Assembly: GCA_035656295.1 (NCBI GenBank)
Contig: DASRSU010000008.1
Location: 983,420-1,047,419, forward strand
Length of the DNA: 64,000 nt
Reading direction: 5' to 3'
Source of the DNA: Candidatus Bathyarchaeia archaeon
GTDB lineage: Archaea > Thermoproteota > Bathyarchaeia > 40CM-2-53-6
The position numbers and the translations under genes were made by a program. The notes beneath the pieces are model-generated. The model did not search any database, was not told where the DNA came from, and saw only the letters and a list, made by a program, of their open reading frames with translations. Each line of letters begins with the position of its first letter. Position 1 is the stretch's first letter. Below are positions 9,874 to 19,392 of the stretch, one piece after another.

Positions 9874-10044
9874 GTTATCTTGCCGGGATAACGTAAAGCG
9901 TTACAGCTTCGTCCCGTCGGCCGAGTGGATTAACCCTGCACGTGTGGGTCCAAAGGCGCAGTTCTCTGCTCGATAGAGAGCGAAGGCCTTGAGAGCCTGT
10001 GGCCCTTACGGGCCGCGTGGGTTCGAATCCCACTCCCGGCGCCA
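9874..10044 (+). tRNA. tRNA gene, atypically long (~171 nt), probably intron-containing; 3' end ...GGGTTCGAATCCCAC-TCCCGGC-G-CCA
   Basis: Clear T-arm (GTGGG-TTCGAAT-CCCAC) and 3' acceptor TCCCGGC pairing with GCCGGGA at 9874; encoded CCA. Internal structure could not be folded by eye. Confidence 0.45.
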
Positions 10045-10264
10045 CATTGCCAACTGCAATCCCGATTCAGTACATAACATCCATAGCTTGAGCGTTCCCG
10101 TTCTTCCTAGCTTGCCCGATTCAACTAGTCCGGTGACTACAGTTTTTACTCTCAACCGCTGAACATTTGGAAGTCGAAGAATAGGCTCAATATCTCGTTC
10201 CGGCAAGAATCCCCATCCAGCCTTAAGACAAAAATGTCTATCTAGCCAATGGAATGGGGAAGGA

Positions 10265-11257
10265 GTGATCATGACTATCCCTTCAAAGCTGAAACGCGGT
10301 GATGAAGTAAGAATCGTTACGCCGGCTCGAAGCATCAAACTACCCTTCATTACTGACGAAGTGAAACAACTAGCTATCGAGCGATTACAGGAATTCGGGC
10401 TTATAGTCAGCTTTGGCAAACATGTTGAGGAAAAGAATCATTTCAACTCGTCGTCTGTGGAAAGTCGACTCAACGATCTCCATCAAGCCTTCACTGATCC
10501 ATCAGTCAAGATCCTTCTCACCGTTATCGGTGGTTTCAACTCAAACGAAGTCTTGCCCTACTTGGATTATGAATTGATCAAGAATAATCCAAAGATATTA
10601 TGCGGATACTCCGACATAACGGCGCTTGCTAACGCAATTTACACGAAAACTGCACTAGTAACATACAGTGGGCCCCACTTTTTCGATTTTGGCGACCGAA
10701 GAGGTTTCACGTATACCGGAGAGTACTTCAAGAAATGTCTCTTGAGCGACCAACCCTTCCGAGTATTGCCTTCAACTTCATGGAGTAACGATCGATGGGC
10801 CAACGATCAACAGAATAGAAGCTTCATCCAAAACGAAGGCCCTTTCGTCCTTAGCAAGGGAAGTGCGAAAGGCACAATCATAGGCGGGAACCTTATCACT
10901 TTCAAAGGCCTATCTGGCACCCCGTATTTTCCAGCGTTTCATGATGCAATTCTATTCATGGAGGAGGATAGTCGCTCAGACCTGTTCACTTTCAATTCTA
11001 ACCTGACGACGCTGACACTGAGGTCAGATTTCAATGAAGTTTGTGGAATTGTGTTTGGACGTTTTCAGCCCGAAAGCAGGATTTCCAAACTGGATTTGGA
11101 AGAGGTTGTTAAGAACAGCAAGATGTTGCAGAGGCTTCCGATAATCGCAGGAATGGATTTTGGCCATACGAGTCCCAAGATAACTTTCCCACTCGGGGGA
11201 ACCTGTGAAATCGATGCGGAGAAAAATCCTCCATCAGTGACAATGATCACTCATTGA
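10265..11257 (+). CDS. LD-carboxypeptidase / MccF-like S66 peptidase
   Basis: LdcA/MccF family architecture. Unusual for an archaeon without murein. Confidence 0.7.
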   Translation: MIMTIPSKLKRGDEVRIVTPARSIKLPFITDEVKQLAIERLQEFGLIVSFGKHVEEKNHFNSSSVESRLNDLHQAFTDPSVKILLTVIGGFNSNEVLPYLDYELIKNNPKILCGYSDITALANAIYTKTALVTYSGPHFFDFGDRRGFTYTGEYFKKCLLSDQPFRVLPSTSWSNDRWANDQQNRSFIQNEGPFVLSKGSAKGTIIGGNLITFKGLSGTPYFPAFHDAILFMEEDSRSDLFTFNSNLTTLTLRSDFNEVCGIVFGRFQPESRISKLDLEEVVKNSKMLQRLPIIAGMDFGHTSPKITFPLGGTCEIDAEKNPPSVTMITH

Positions 11258-11449
11258 TCAAAATGAGGCTGCTTATCATAAATTCAGAATTCGGATTTAG
11301 AAGATGCCTTTTCGTAGGTTGATGCCGTATCCGAGGTATGCCTTGAGAATGCACTGATCTGTTGGCTCAAGTTCACGGGCTCACAGTTGGGAATCGCGCA
11401 AGCAGGCCGGGGACGATATTCTCGTCGTTTTGGGGTTGGAGCTGAGAAC

Positions 11450-11468
11450 CAAATCCCACTCCCGGCGC
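11450..11468. repeat. 19-bp direct repeat of the tRNA 3' end (AATCCCACTCCCGGCGCCA), att-like
   Basis: Exact copy of 10026-10044. Preceded by a GCCGGGG acceptor-like half at 11405, but no D or T arm, so it is a tRNA fragment. Confidence 0.6.
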
Positions 11469-11511
11469 CAAAAACAAAAAGGAAAATTTTCCGTTTATTC
11501 TTGCGGACAGC

Positions 11512-11655
11512 TTAGTTGGTAGCGACCGTTGGAATTGGACACGCGGCGATATGAGCCGTGTACTTGTCCAGTCGAACATGGTCGTGACATCTGGGACATT
11601 CCAGAACCTTGACCTCAGACCGGACGTTTCGTCCCTTCCAGTTTCTTCCACGCAT
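11512..11655 (-). CDS. possible small zinc-finger protein (47 aa)
   Basis: Unlisted small ORF MRGRNWKGRNVRSEVKVLECPRCHDHVRLDKYTAHIAACPIPTVATN with a C-x2-C...H...C pattern. Overlaps a low-complexity track ORF that looks spurious. Confidence 0.2.
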   Translation of the reverse strand: MRGRNWKGRNVRSEVKVLECPRCHDHVRLDKYTAHIAACPIPTVATN

Positions 11656-11765
11656 CTTTATTCTATTCCGTGACTACCTTACTTGTATCTCATTGATAGT
11701 GTGCATGTAATATAAGGACTCGTTTACCTGCGACTTACCTCGCCAGTCCAGAGTCCATCATCGTC

Positions 11766-12527
11766 TCAGTAGTATCTTGCGATGGATTTTTCAAGGAAGG
11801 ATTTCGCGCCCTTCTTGAAATCTTCACTCGTCATTGCTCGCAACAATTCTTTGTACGAGGTTTCTAGACTCTGGTCTGTGATCATAGATCGTTCTATTCG
11901 TTTGAAGCTCGAATTTGAGATCGGAGAGACGTGGGCGATTTGGTCTAGAATCTTGCTTGTGAGTGCAGCTTGTTCGTTGGCCGACGTGACCTGATTTACT
12001 AGTCCATAGTAGAGCGCCTGTTGTGCGCTGATCGTCTCTCCGGTCAGGTTCATTTCCGAGACTTTTCGACCGTTCATTGTAAGAGGTCCGAGTAGTCCGG
12101 AGATGCAGCATAGTGCGCCGACTCGGCCGCCCGTGAAGCCAAAAACGGAGTTGGTCGAGGCGATTACAATATCAGATGCCAGTGCGATCTCGGCCCCTGC
12201 TCCGTAAGCAGCACCCTCTACGATCGATAGTATGGGCTTATCGCATCTCAGGAAGGCCTGCCAGAAAGGTTTGACGTACTTGTAGACAAAGTCTCGTGTC
12301 TCCTTTCTTGATCCAAAGCTGGCGGCCTCTCGAATGTCGAGTCCGGCAGAGAAGGCTTTACTCGACCCTTTGATTACCAGGCTGAACACTTCCCTATCTT
12401 GGGCCGCGATCTGGATCCCGTGTTCGAGCGCCCTGAACATTGACTTTGACAGTGCGTTAAGCACTTCCGGGCGGTTCATCGTCATCCAGGCCACGTGGTC
12501 TCGCTGTTCGTAGTTGATGGTGCTCAT
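11766..12527 (-). CDS. enoyl-CoA hydratase/isomerase (crotonase) family protein
   Basis: Crotonase fold motifs (FSAGLDIREAA). Candidate 3-hydroxypropionyl-CoA dehydratase or crotonyl-CoA hydratase of the thaumarchaeal HP/HB cycle. Confidence 0.85.
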   Translation of the reverse strand: MSTINYEQRDHVAWMTMNRPEVLNALSKSMFRALEHGIQIAAQDREVFSLVIKGSSKAFSAGLDIREAASFGSRKETRDFVYKYVKPFWQAFLRCDKPILSIVEGAAYGAGAEIALASDIVIASTNSVFGFTGGRVGALCCISGLLGPLTMNGRKVSEMNLTGETISAQQALYYGLVNQVTSANEQAALTSKILDQIAHVSPISNSSFKRIERSMITDQSLETSYKELLRAMTSEDFKKGAKSFLEKSIARYY

Positions 12528-12683
12528 CAGAATTGAGTCTACCCGGTCGGGAAGCGGCGTCTACGAGTATTTCTTGCTTGTTTCCGGTGGTTCGAGAACA
12601 TTTTTCAAGCACGCGGGGCCCAGATCATCTCATACCCCGGTGGATTTTTTCTGATCAACCTTCCCTACAACTCGAACCTGAAA

Positions 12684-13502
12684 TTGAAGACTGTCCTGGA
12701 ACGAGTGAACAGCAACGAGTATTTGCAGAGTCTATGGGACGCAATCAACGTCAATGCGGTCAGGAGGCTTGGCCTCTCGGATCATGGCCGTGTGCACTTT
12801 GCGATAGTTGCCAATATTGCCTTGAAGATTTTGAGGAATCTGATCGAGGCTGACGTGAAGCCGGACATTGTGACGGATCATAAGATGACTAACGATGATG
12901 CAGAGGTTGTCGTATTTCTCGGCGCAGTGTTACATGATCTCGGGATGGTTGCTCACAGGGAGAATCACCACATTTTCAGTGTGTCGTTAGCATCACAGAT
13001 CATGCCAGACCTTCTCAAGGGTGTGTATGGTGACAAGGAGAGGGCGATAATTACTGCTGAGACGCTGCACACGATATACGCTCACGAATCAGAGATTCCG
13101 CAGTTTACACTAGAGGCTGGTGTGGTACGGGTGGCGGATGCGTTAGACATGAAGGAGGGGCGGGCCAGGATCCCGTTCACTGTTGGCAAGAAGGACATTC
13201 ATGCGCTGTCCGCAATGTCGATTCGGGATATCAAGATCCGCAAGAGCAAGGAGAAGCCCGTCGTGGTCGAGATTAGCATGTACAATGAGTCCGGCATCTT
13301 CCAAGTTGATCAGTTGTTAAAGAAGAAGATTGCCGGGACGAAGATTGAGAAGTTCATAGAGGTGATTGCGCAGGTCGAGAAAGAACAGCGGAAAGTTATC
13401 CTTCAACGTTACACACTGGGAACGGGCGTAGAGGTTCCAGGTCCAGACGCGTTTGTTCACGACAAGCATTCGGGCGGAAAGGTCGCGCCATCAGAACCGT
13501 AA
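12684..13502 (+). CDS. HD-domain phosphohydrolase
   Basis: H...HD...H...D metal-binding pattern (HGRVHF, LHDLGM). Confidence 0.7.
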   Translation: MKTVLERVNSNEYLQSLWDAINVNAVRRLGLSDHGRVHFAIVANIALKILRNLIEADVKPDIVTDHKMTNDDAEVVVFLGAVLHDLGMVAHRENHHIFSVSLASQIMPDLLKGVYGDKERAIITAETLHTIYAHESEIPQFTLEAGVVRVADALDMKEGRARIPFTVGKKDIHALSAMSIRDIKIRKSKEKPVVVEISMYNESGIFQVDQLLKKKIAGTKIEKFIEVIAQVEKEQRKVILQRYTLGTGVEVPGPDAFVHDKHSGGKVAPSEP

Positions 13503-13556
13503 ACAAATCTGGTCACGCCTATTGCAGCATCAAGAACCTAATTCGAGACTCTGCCG

Positions 13557-13856
13557 TTAGGCCGCAACTTTGGCCAGTTTTCCGTAGCGTCCAACGTTGA
13601 GCTGGAGTTCGCCTCTGAACGATTCTACGTAGCCATTCTGGATCTCGACGTCGTCGTTCACCGCGATCTTGGAAATGTTCTCGTTCCACAATGTTACCTT
13701 GACAGTTCCAGACTCGTCTTGAAGCGTTGCATTAGCAACCTGACCGGGACCAAATTTTGTGTTGACCTCTCTCGGGCTCTCGATGTCAACAATCTTTCCC
13801 TTGACGTCGACTCGGCGCATTCCAGGCTTCAGCTCAGCGATCTTGATCTGTGTCAT
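13557..13856 (-). CDS. OB-fold nucleic-acid-binding protein (SSB/RPA-like single OB)
   Basis: Single OB-fold pattern. Start chosen at MTQIKIAEL; the track ORF extends to 13907 and overlaps the next gene. Confidence 0.5.
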   Translation of the reverse strand: MTQIKIAELKPGMRRVDVKGKIVDIESPREVNTKFGPGQVANATLQDESGTVKVTLWNENISKIAVNDDVEIQNGYVESFRGELQLNVGRYGKLAKVAA

Positions 13857-14283
13857 CTCCGAACGATTCTTCGCTAGCTTTCTCGGTGCTCCCTTCGCCG
13901 CCTTCACTTCGACCGACGACCTCTCCGGTAGCGAAGCTGTTCCTGACTGCAGTAATTCTCACCTTAACCTGTTCCCCTTCGTTCGTGTTCGGGACGAAGA
14001 TTACAAAGTTGTTTACTCGGGCTATACCGTCTCCGCGTCGTCCCACTGATTCTATCTTAACGTCAACTTCCTGACCCTCTTCGACCGGGGATGGGCCACG
14101 GTCTCGCTGGAAGTCTCTGCCGCCACCACGTCCATAGCTTTCTCCACCGCCACGACCGTAACCGCCACCGCCGCCTCTCCGTCCAAAGCTTCCGCGGCCT
14201 CTGGAATATCCTCCACTGCCTCCGCCTGCCCCTCGTCTACCGTAGCTTCTACGAGGCCTCTCTTCTCTCCTTTCTTCGCCCAT
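13834..14283 (-). CDS. TRAM-domain protein with N-terminal RGG/Gly-Arg-rich disordered region and acidic tail
   Basis: RGG repeats (RGGGESYGRGGGRDF), TRAM-like core (GDGIARVNNFVIFVPNTNEGEQVKVRI), acidic C-terminus. Confidence 0.6.
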   Translation of the reverse strand: MGEERREERPRRSYGRRGAGGGSGGYSRGRGSFGRRGGGGGYGRGGGESYGRGGGRDFQRDRGPSPVEEGQEVDVKIESVGRRGDGIARVNNFVIFVPNTNEGEQVKVRITAVRNSFATGEVVGRSEGGEGSTEKASEESFGDDTDQDR

Positions 14284-14374
14284 CTCTCTTTTCCCTGTTA
14301 ATTTCCTTTGAATCGAATACCTGCTTTCGGAGTATCTCGTTTGCGAACCGGCGACTGCGTATTAAAGATTTGAC

Positions 14375-16879
14375 TCACGGCAGAATTTCCATGGTGAAAT
14401 CGGATTCCCTGTCGTTTCCCTTCTGTCCCTGGTGAGGGAGTTCTTGGACCGCGAGTGATTCTGCTCTAATGGTCCGTAGAATGATTTGTTCGTTCTCGCG
14501 AATCAGTTGGCCCATACCAGGCTCTGCGGAGACGAGGATCTTCTGGATTTGGGTTTTCAGACTCAGGCCCTTCTCGGATTTCTTGCGCCGTGCCGAGGCG
14601 ATAATGTCGAGGAGTATCCTTCCCTCGCTCATTGGCTTTCCATCGAGGAATTTCTTCTCTGGAACTGGCCACGGTTCGAGGTGAATACTCGTCTTGCGAG
14701 GGCTAAGGTCGAGCTCATTGTAAATCGTCTCGGTTACGTGGGGACAGACAGGAGCTAATAATTTCAAGATCGTCAGGAGTGCTTGCCTGAGACAGTATAC
14801 TGTGTTCTCCAGCTCTCCCGGAGTCGCGTCCGGCTGCAGCCTGTGCTTCACTGCTTCCAGGTAATCATCGGCCAACGAGTGCCATGCAAACTCTCGTATT
14901 GTCTCAAGAGCAGTACTGAACTGGAAATTGTCGAATGCGCCCGTCACGTCAGCTACTAGTTTCTGCAGCGAGCCAAGTAGCCAGTAGTCTATTACGGAGA
15001 GATCCTTGGGTTCTAAGGAAATTCTCTTCACGATGGAGTTGGCGATGATGAATCGTGCGATGTTCCAGATCTTTGTCAGGAATTTCTTGCCATGTTCGAC
15101 TTCGTTCCATCGGAACGGAATGTCGTAACCGGTTGATCCTCCTGATGCTGCCCATTGTCTGAAGGCGTCGGCTCCAAGTTTTTTCAAGACTTCTTGTGAT
15201 TCCACGTAGTTTCCGTACGACTTGTGCATCATCCTACCATCGGTGCCCCGTACCATTCCATTGATCAACAGCGTCTTGTACGGTGGCTTGGAGAATATTG
15301 CTAGGCTACGCACCATGAGGTAGTAGTCCCAGGTGCGGATGATGTCGAGTCCGTTAGGCTGGAGGTCGGCGGGGAAGAGCCTGGCAAACAGCTCAGTGTT
15401 GCGTGGCCAGCCGGCGTGTACTGCCGGAGTGATTGACGAGTCCATCCACGTGTCGAAGACGTCTTTCTCTCCTTGGAACTTTGTGGACTGGCATTTTGGA
15501 CATTTTGATACTGGCGCTGGATCCTTCCTCGGGTCAACCGGAAGCTTGTTCTCGTCTGGCACTATCACTTGTCCACAATTTGTGCAGTACCATACTGGTA
15601 TGGGGGTGGCAAAGATTCTCTGCCGCGATACCACCCAGTCCCAGTCTAGAGATTCGGCCCAGTCTATGAGTCGTTGTCGTGCGAAAGACGGAATCCACGT
15701 CAGCTTGTTGGACCAATCTACGACTTGGCTGGTCATGTCTCGTGTTTTCATGAACCATTGTGGACGCGAGATGATCTCGACTGGCGTCTTGCATCGCCAG
15801 CAGGTGCCAATATTCCGCGTTATTGTCTCGGTTCGCAGTAAATTGCCTTCTCGCGCTAGCTCCTCCACTACTTTTTTCCGGGCTTCTTCTATTCGGAGGC
15901 CTTTGAATCGTGGGTCTTCGATGGCGATGCGGCCGTTCTCCGTGATCGCTCTGATCATTGGAAGCTTGTGTTTCTTCTGCCATTTCACGTCCATCTTGTC
16001 CCCGAAAGTGCAGACTATCACGGCGCCCGTGCCGAATTCGGAGTCGACCTCTTCATCAACTATTACCGGGACAGTCTGGCCGAATACGGGGACCTTGACC
16101 TTCTTGCCTGCGAATGACTTGTAGCGCGTGTCGTCAGGGTGTACTGCAATTGCCACGCATGCGGCCAACAACTCTGGTCTCGTCGAGGCGATCTCGATGG
16201 TTTCTGATTCGCCGAATTTCATGTAGTGGAGGTTGCCTTGGCGTTCAATGTAGACCACTTCGGCCTCTGCGATGGCCGTTTCGCATCTGGGACACCAGTT
16301 TACGGGATGTTCTCCACGGTACATGTAGCCTGACTTGTAGAGGCGTACGAATGATAATTGTGTAAGTCCGTAGTAGGATGGGTCCATCGTCTTGTACTCC
16401 AGCTGCCAGTCGATTGAGATTCCGAGCCGGTTGATGTCCTCCTTCATCTTCACGATGTACTCGTCCGTGATCTTGCGGCATACCTCGATGAACTGGGCCG
16501 GTGGAAGGTCGTTCTTTCTGATCTTCAGCATCTGCTCAGCCTTTACCTCGGTAGGAAGTCCGTGACAGTCCCAACCCTGTGGAAAATGGACGTTGTCGCC
16601 TCTCATTCTGCGATAACGCGCCACAAAGTCGATGTACGTCCAGTTCAACGCGTTTCCAACGTGAAATTCACCACTCGGATACGGTGGGGGAGTATCGATG
16701 CTGAACGTCTTCCGATTCTTATCGTCTGCATCGAATGCGTAGATGGCTTTTTCGCGCCAGAATGCTTGCCATTTCGGCTCTTCCGCAAGCGCATCGTAGG
16801 TTTTAGGAATAGAGTACTCTTTCTGAGACTGGGAGTCGCTGGAATCCAAGCGAAATTCTTTGCTCGTCTGACTGTTCAA
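14375..16879 (-). CDS. valS: class I aminoacyl-tRNA synthetase, most likely valyl-tRNA synthetase
   Basis: IDTPPPYPSGEFHVGNA (HIGH-type), GWDCHGLPTE, MHKSYGN (KMSKS), 834 aa. LeuRS or IleRS not fully excluded. Confidence 0.6.
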   Translation of the reverse strand: MNSQTSKEFRLDSSDSQSQKEYSIPKTYDALAEEPKWQAFWREKAIYAFDADDKNRKTFSIDTPPPYPSGEFHVGNALNWTYIDFVARYRRMRGDNVHFPQGWDCHGLPTEVKAEQMLKIRKNDLPPAQFIEVCRKITDEYIVKMKEDINRLGISIDWQLEYKTMDPSYYGLTQLSFVRLYKSGYMYRGEHPVNWCPRCETAIAEAEVVYIERQGNLHYMKFGESETIEIASTRPELLAACVAIAVHPDDTRYKSFAGKKVKVPVFGQTVPVIVDEEVDSEFGTGAVIVCTFGDKMDVKWQKKHKLPMIRAITENGRIAIEDPRFKGLRIEEARKKVVEELAREGNLLRTETITRNIGTCWRCKTPVEIISRPQWFMKTRDMTSQVVDWSNKLTWIPSFARQRLIDWAESLDWDWVVSRQRIFATPIPVWYCTNCGQVIVPDENKLPVDPRKDPAPVSKCPKCQSTKFQGEKDVFDTWMDSSITPAVHAGWPRNTELFARLFPADLQPNGLDIIRTWDYYLMVRSLAIFSKPPYKTLLINGMVRGTDGRMMHKSYGNYVESQEVLKKLGADAFRQWAASGGSTGYDIPFRWNEVEHGKKFLTKIWNIARFIIANSIVKRISLEPKDLSVIDYWLLGSLQKLVADVTGAFDNFQFSTALETIREFAWHSLADDYLEAVKHRLQPDATPGELENTVYCLRQALLTILKLLAPVCPHVTETIYNELDLSPRKTSIHLEPWPVPEKKFLDGKPMSEGRILLDIIASARRKKSEKGLSLKTQIQKILVSAEPGMGQLIRENEQIILRTIRAESLAVQELPHQGQKGNDRESDFTMEILP

Positions 16880-16897
16880 GTTCGGGTCTATTCGACT

Positions 16898-17986
16898 TTA
16901 GAGTGATGCAAGCTCCTGAGCCTCACTACTAGCGCCTGGTTGGTTTGCATCATATAAGGGGTTGGTGCGACGAGCGGCTAGCGCTCTCTTGAGTGTCACG
17001 GCTCCGACAATAATGCCTAGTACTCCAACTGCGAAGGCGAAGAGGGCGATCAAGTCTCCTAGGAGGAGGAAGAAATCGCCGAAGCCCGGAACCAGTGTGA
17101 AGACGAAGAAGTAGAAGTTGAAAAACCAGTGGAGCAAAATGTTGCCATAGGCTCCGTAAACAAGGTAGACTACTCCGAGAGCGAAACCGGAGAGTCCGGC
17201 GGTGATAGCTTTTCCCGCCTCCCACCCAGCACCTGATAAGATGTGGGCCAGACCGAACAGGATGGTGCTCACGACAAGGACGGTCCATTCGCTCCAATGA
17301 ATTCCGCGAACTCCATTGCTCCAGACACTGTTCATCTTGGCCATCTGTTTCGCCCTGTCAGGGGAGAAGATCGCGACGATGAAAGCGGTCAGAAAAGCGA
17401 GATGCTTCGTTGCGTAACGATCGGAATACCTGATGAGATTCCAGATTATCCGGATCCATAGTAATGGAGCGAAGATGCTGATTCTGAAAGCCATCTCCTC
17501 CAGGACTGGCGCATATGTTAGGCTGGCAAAAAGTTCCGCCTGACTAGTCGGCAAGAGTCCGCCGGACGGTAGGCCGGCAGCAGAGAGTCCAATTGTCAGG
17601 ATGATAACGATCACAAGCAGGCCAGAGCCCAGCAATGGCATGACGATCAACCAGTTTGCAACTTTCGGGGGCCACGAGCCCGCCGCGACTATCTTCAGGT
17701 GGGGTAGGACTCCTCCCTTTCCGATTGCGGCGGCGAAGAAGCAGAGGGCGAAGATCATGATGCAAGCATCTACAACAGCTAGGAGATTGATCCTCAACCC
17801 TATCCGAAAGACTTGGAAGAACAGGCCAATCGGCAGATTTGTCGAGAAGTCGAGTAAGTGGCGTCCGAGTTGGGTTGTGACTATTGCGAATGTTCCGACT
17901 CCTAGTGATAGGATGTAAGTTAGGATGCTGATGATGACGGCTCCGACGGTGATGCTGCCTAGGACGCTGCCGGGGCCGCGGTTCAT
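16898..17986 (-). CDS. CPBP-family intramembrane metalloprotease (CAAX protease/Abi-like)
   Basis: Motifs EEMAFR (EExxxR), FGLAHIL (FxxxH) and HWFFNF (HxxxN) within a polytopic membrane protein. Confidence 0.7.
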   Translation of the reverse strand: MNRGPGSVLGSITVGAVIISILTYILSLGVGTFAIVTTQLGRHLLDFSTNLPIGLFFQVFRIGLRINLLAVVDACIMIFALCFFAAAIGKGGVLPHLKIVAAGSWPPKVANWLIVMPLLGSGLLVIVIILTIGLSAAGLPSGGLLPTSQAELFASLTYAPVLEEMAFRISIFAPLLWIRIIWNLIRYSDRYATKHLAFLTAFIVAIFSPDRAKQMAKMNSVWSNGVRGIHWSEWTVLVVSTILFGLAHILSGAGWEAGKAITAGLSGFALGVVYLVYGAYGNILLHWFFNFYFFVFTLVPGFGDFFLLLGDLIALFAFAVGVLGIIVGAVTLKRALAARRTNPLYDANQPGASSEAQELASL

Positions 17987-17999
17987 ATTGTAGGCTTGC

Positions 18000-19205
18000 C
18001 TAACAGATCTGAACTTTTCCCTGGGTTAACCGCTTCGTGAAATCTTCTATATTGTTGAGGTCGGACTTTGCGACTTCTTCAGCCTGTTTCGAGGCATGTT
18101 TGAAGTCCACTCCCTTCTCCAGGATGAGCTCGATCCCTGCGACTTTTGGCTGGTTGATGGGTCTCCCAATCTGGCTGAGCAGCCATACGTAGACCTCTTT
18201 TATTCCCGGGACTTTCTTGTAGATGTGGTTGGCTATTTCATAGGTTAGCAGGTTGTAGATTTTTCCGACGTGGCTGACCGGGTTCTTTCCAGCGGCCGCT
18301 TCTGAGCATGTTGGCCGGTTCAACGGGATGAGCCCGTTGGGCCTGTTTCCTCGTCCCACTTGTCCACCGTCACCGTCGTCTGCTGACGTGCCGAGAACTG
18401 TCAAGTAGATTCCACCCATTCCCCTGCCGCGTTTGTCAAGGGTGTTTACGGAAATGTTTGTCTTGCCAAATTTTACTCGGGACTGGACAAAATCATTGAT
18501 GTTGTCGACGACCGCAGCCTTCTTCTTGAAGTATTCATTTTCTGTCTCGATATACTTGTCAACGAACGCTAGTGCTATCGTCAAGTCAAGGTTCTTCCGA
18601 ATTCTCGAAGCCATGATCTTGACATCCTCGCCTGTCTCGGGAAATTCCTTCTTGAAACTCGGCGAATTGATGTAGCGCTCCGTCTGGAACACTATCCGCT
18701 CTGTCGGGCTGAGTGGAGCATAACCTACTGCTGCAGAAGTATCGTTGGCTCCGAAGAACTTGCCTTTCCGCTTGAAAATATCTGTCAAGGCTTCCGATCC
18801 CCGGGCTAGTTCTACCTGGTATCTTACATGTCTCTCCGGGTCTACGAATCGTAGATTGTTCTGAATCCATCTCTTGGCGGTTGAAACAGCTATCTCATCA
18901 ACCGGGACGGGATCGCCGTCTACGTCGTATGTTGCCCTGTCGCCGAAGACCATGAGCATCGGCCGCTTCACCTCGCCGCCGCCGTAGCGTCTGCGGACTT
19001 CTCCCGCTGCGAGTAGTGCCTTGTCGATGTTGTGGTGGAGAACAGTTCCGTATCTCTTCAAGTATTCCTTGGACAAGGAGACGGAGACTTCATTCATGAC
19101 CGCGTCGCAGATATGGTCAGGGTGTCCCAGACCCTTCCTCTCAACGATTTCGAGGTCTTGTTCGCTAACTGGTACTGAATGTAGTTCACTAATTGTTATG
19201 CCCAT
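18000..19205 (-). CDS. mat: archaeal-type S-adenosylmethionine synthetase (MAT)
   Basis: ERKGLGHPDHICD, GTSADDGDGGQVGRGNRPNGLI and KNPVSHVGKIYN match the archaeal MAT family; ~400 aa. Confidence 0.9.
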   Translation of the reverse strand: MGITISELHSVPVSEQDLEIVERKGLGHPDHICDAVMNEVSVSLSKEYLKRYGTVLHHNIDKALLAAGEVRRRYGGGEVKRPMLMVFGDRATYDVDGDPVPVDEIAVSTAKRWIQNNLRFVDPERHVRYQVELARGSEALTDIFKRKGKFFGANDTSAAVGYAPLSPTERIVFQTERYINSPSFKKEFPETGEDVKIMASRIRKNLDLTIALAFVDKYIETENEYFKKKAAVVDNINDFVQSRVKFGKTNISVNTLDKRGRGMGGIYLTVLGTSADDGDGGQVGRGNRPNGLIPLNRPTCSEAAAGKNPVSHVGKIYNLLTYEIANHIYKKVPGIKEVYVWLLSQIGRPINQPKVAGIELILEKGVDFKHASKQAEEVAKSDLNNIEDFTKRLTQGKVQIC

Positions 19206-19392
19206 CTAGTCTCGATCTCAGAACGTATAGAATCGGAGGAGAAGATTTTTCGTTATTAAACTCTTGTCAGGCTATTCTCCAAGGAATAATCCGTTTACAA
19301 GCTTGCCCCAGCGGTGTCCGTGGCGATTGATTCTAAATCATGGCGGGGAATGGTTTATACTGCTAAAAATAGGAAACGTGGCAGCGAGACAG

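Noticed and set aside
10021-10046. Reading the GGTTCGAATCCC element as a minus-strand tRNA
   Set aside because: The T-loop is near-palindromic, but the acceptor pairing and CCA only work on the plus strand.
11373-11651. 92-aa track ORF on the minus strand across the tRNA-fragment repeat
   Set aside because: Runs through poly-A and the att-like repeat and has no domain. The alternative-frame 47-aa zinc-finger ORF is the more plausible candidate, though weak.
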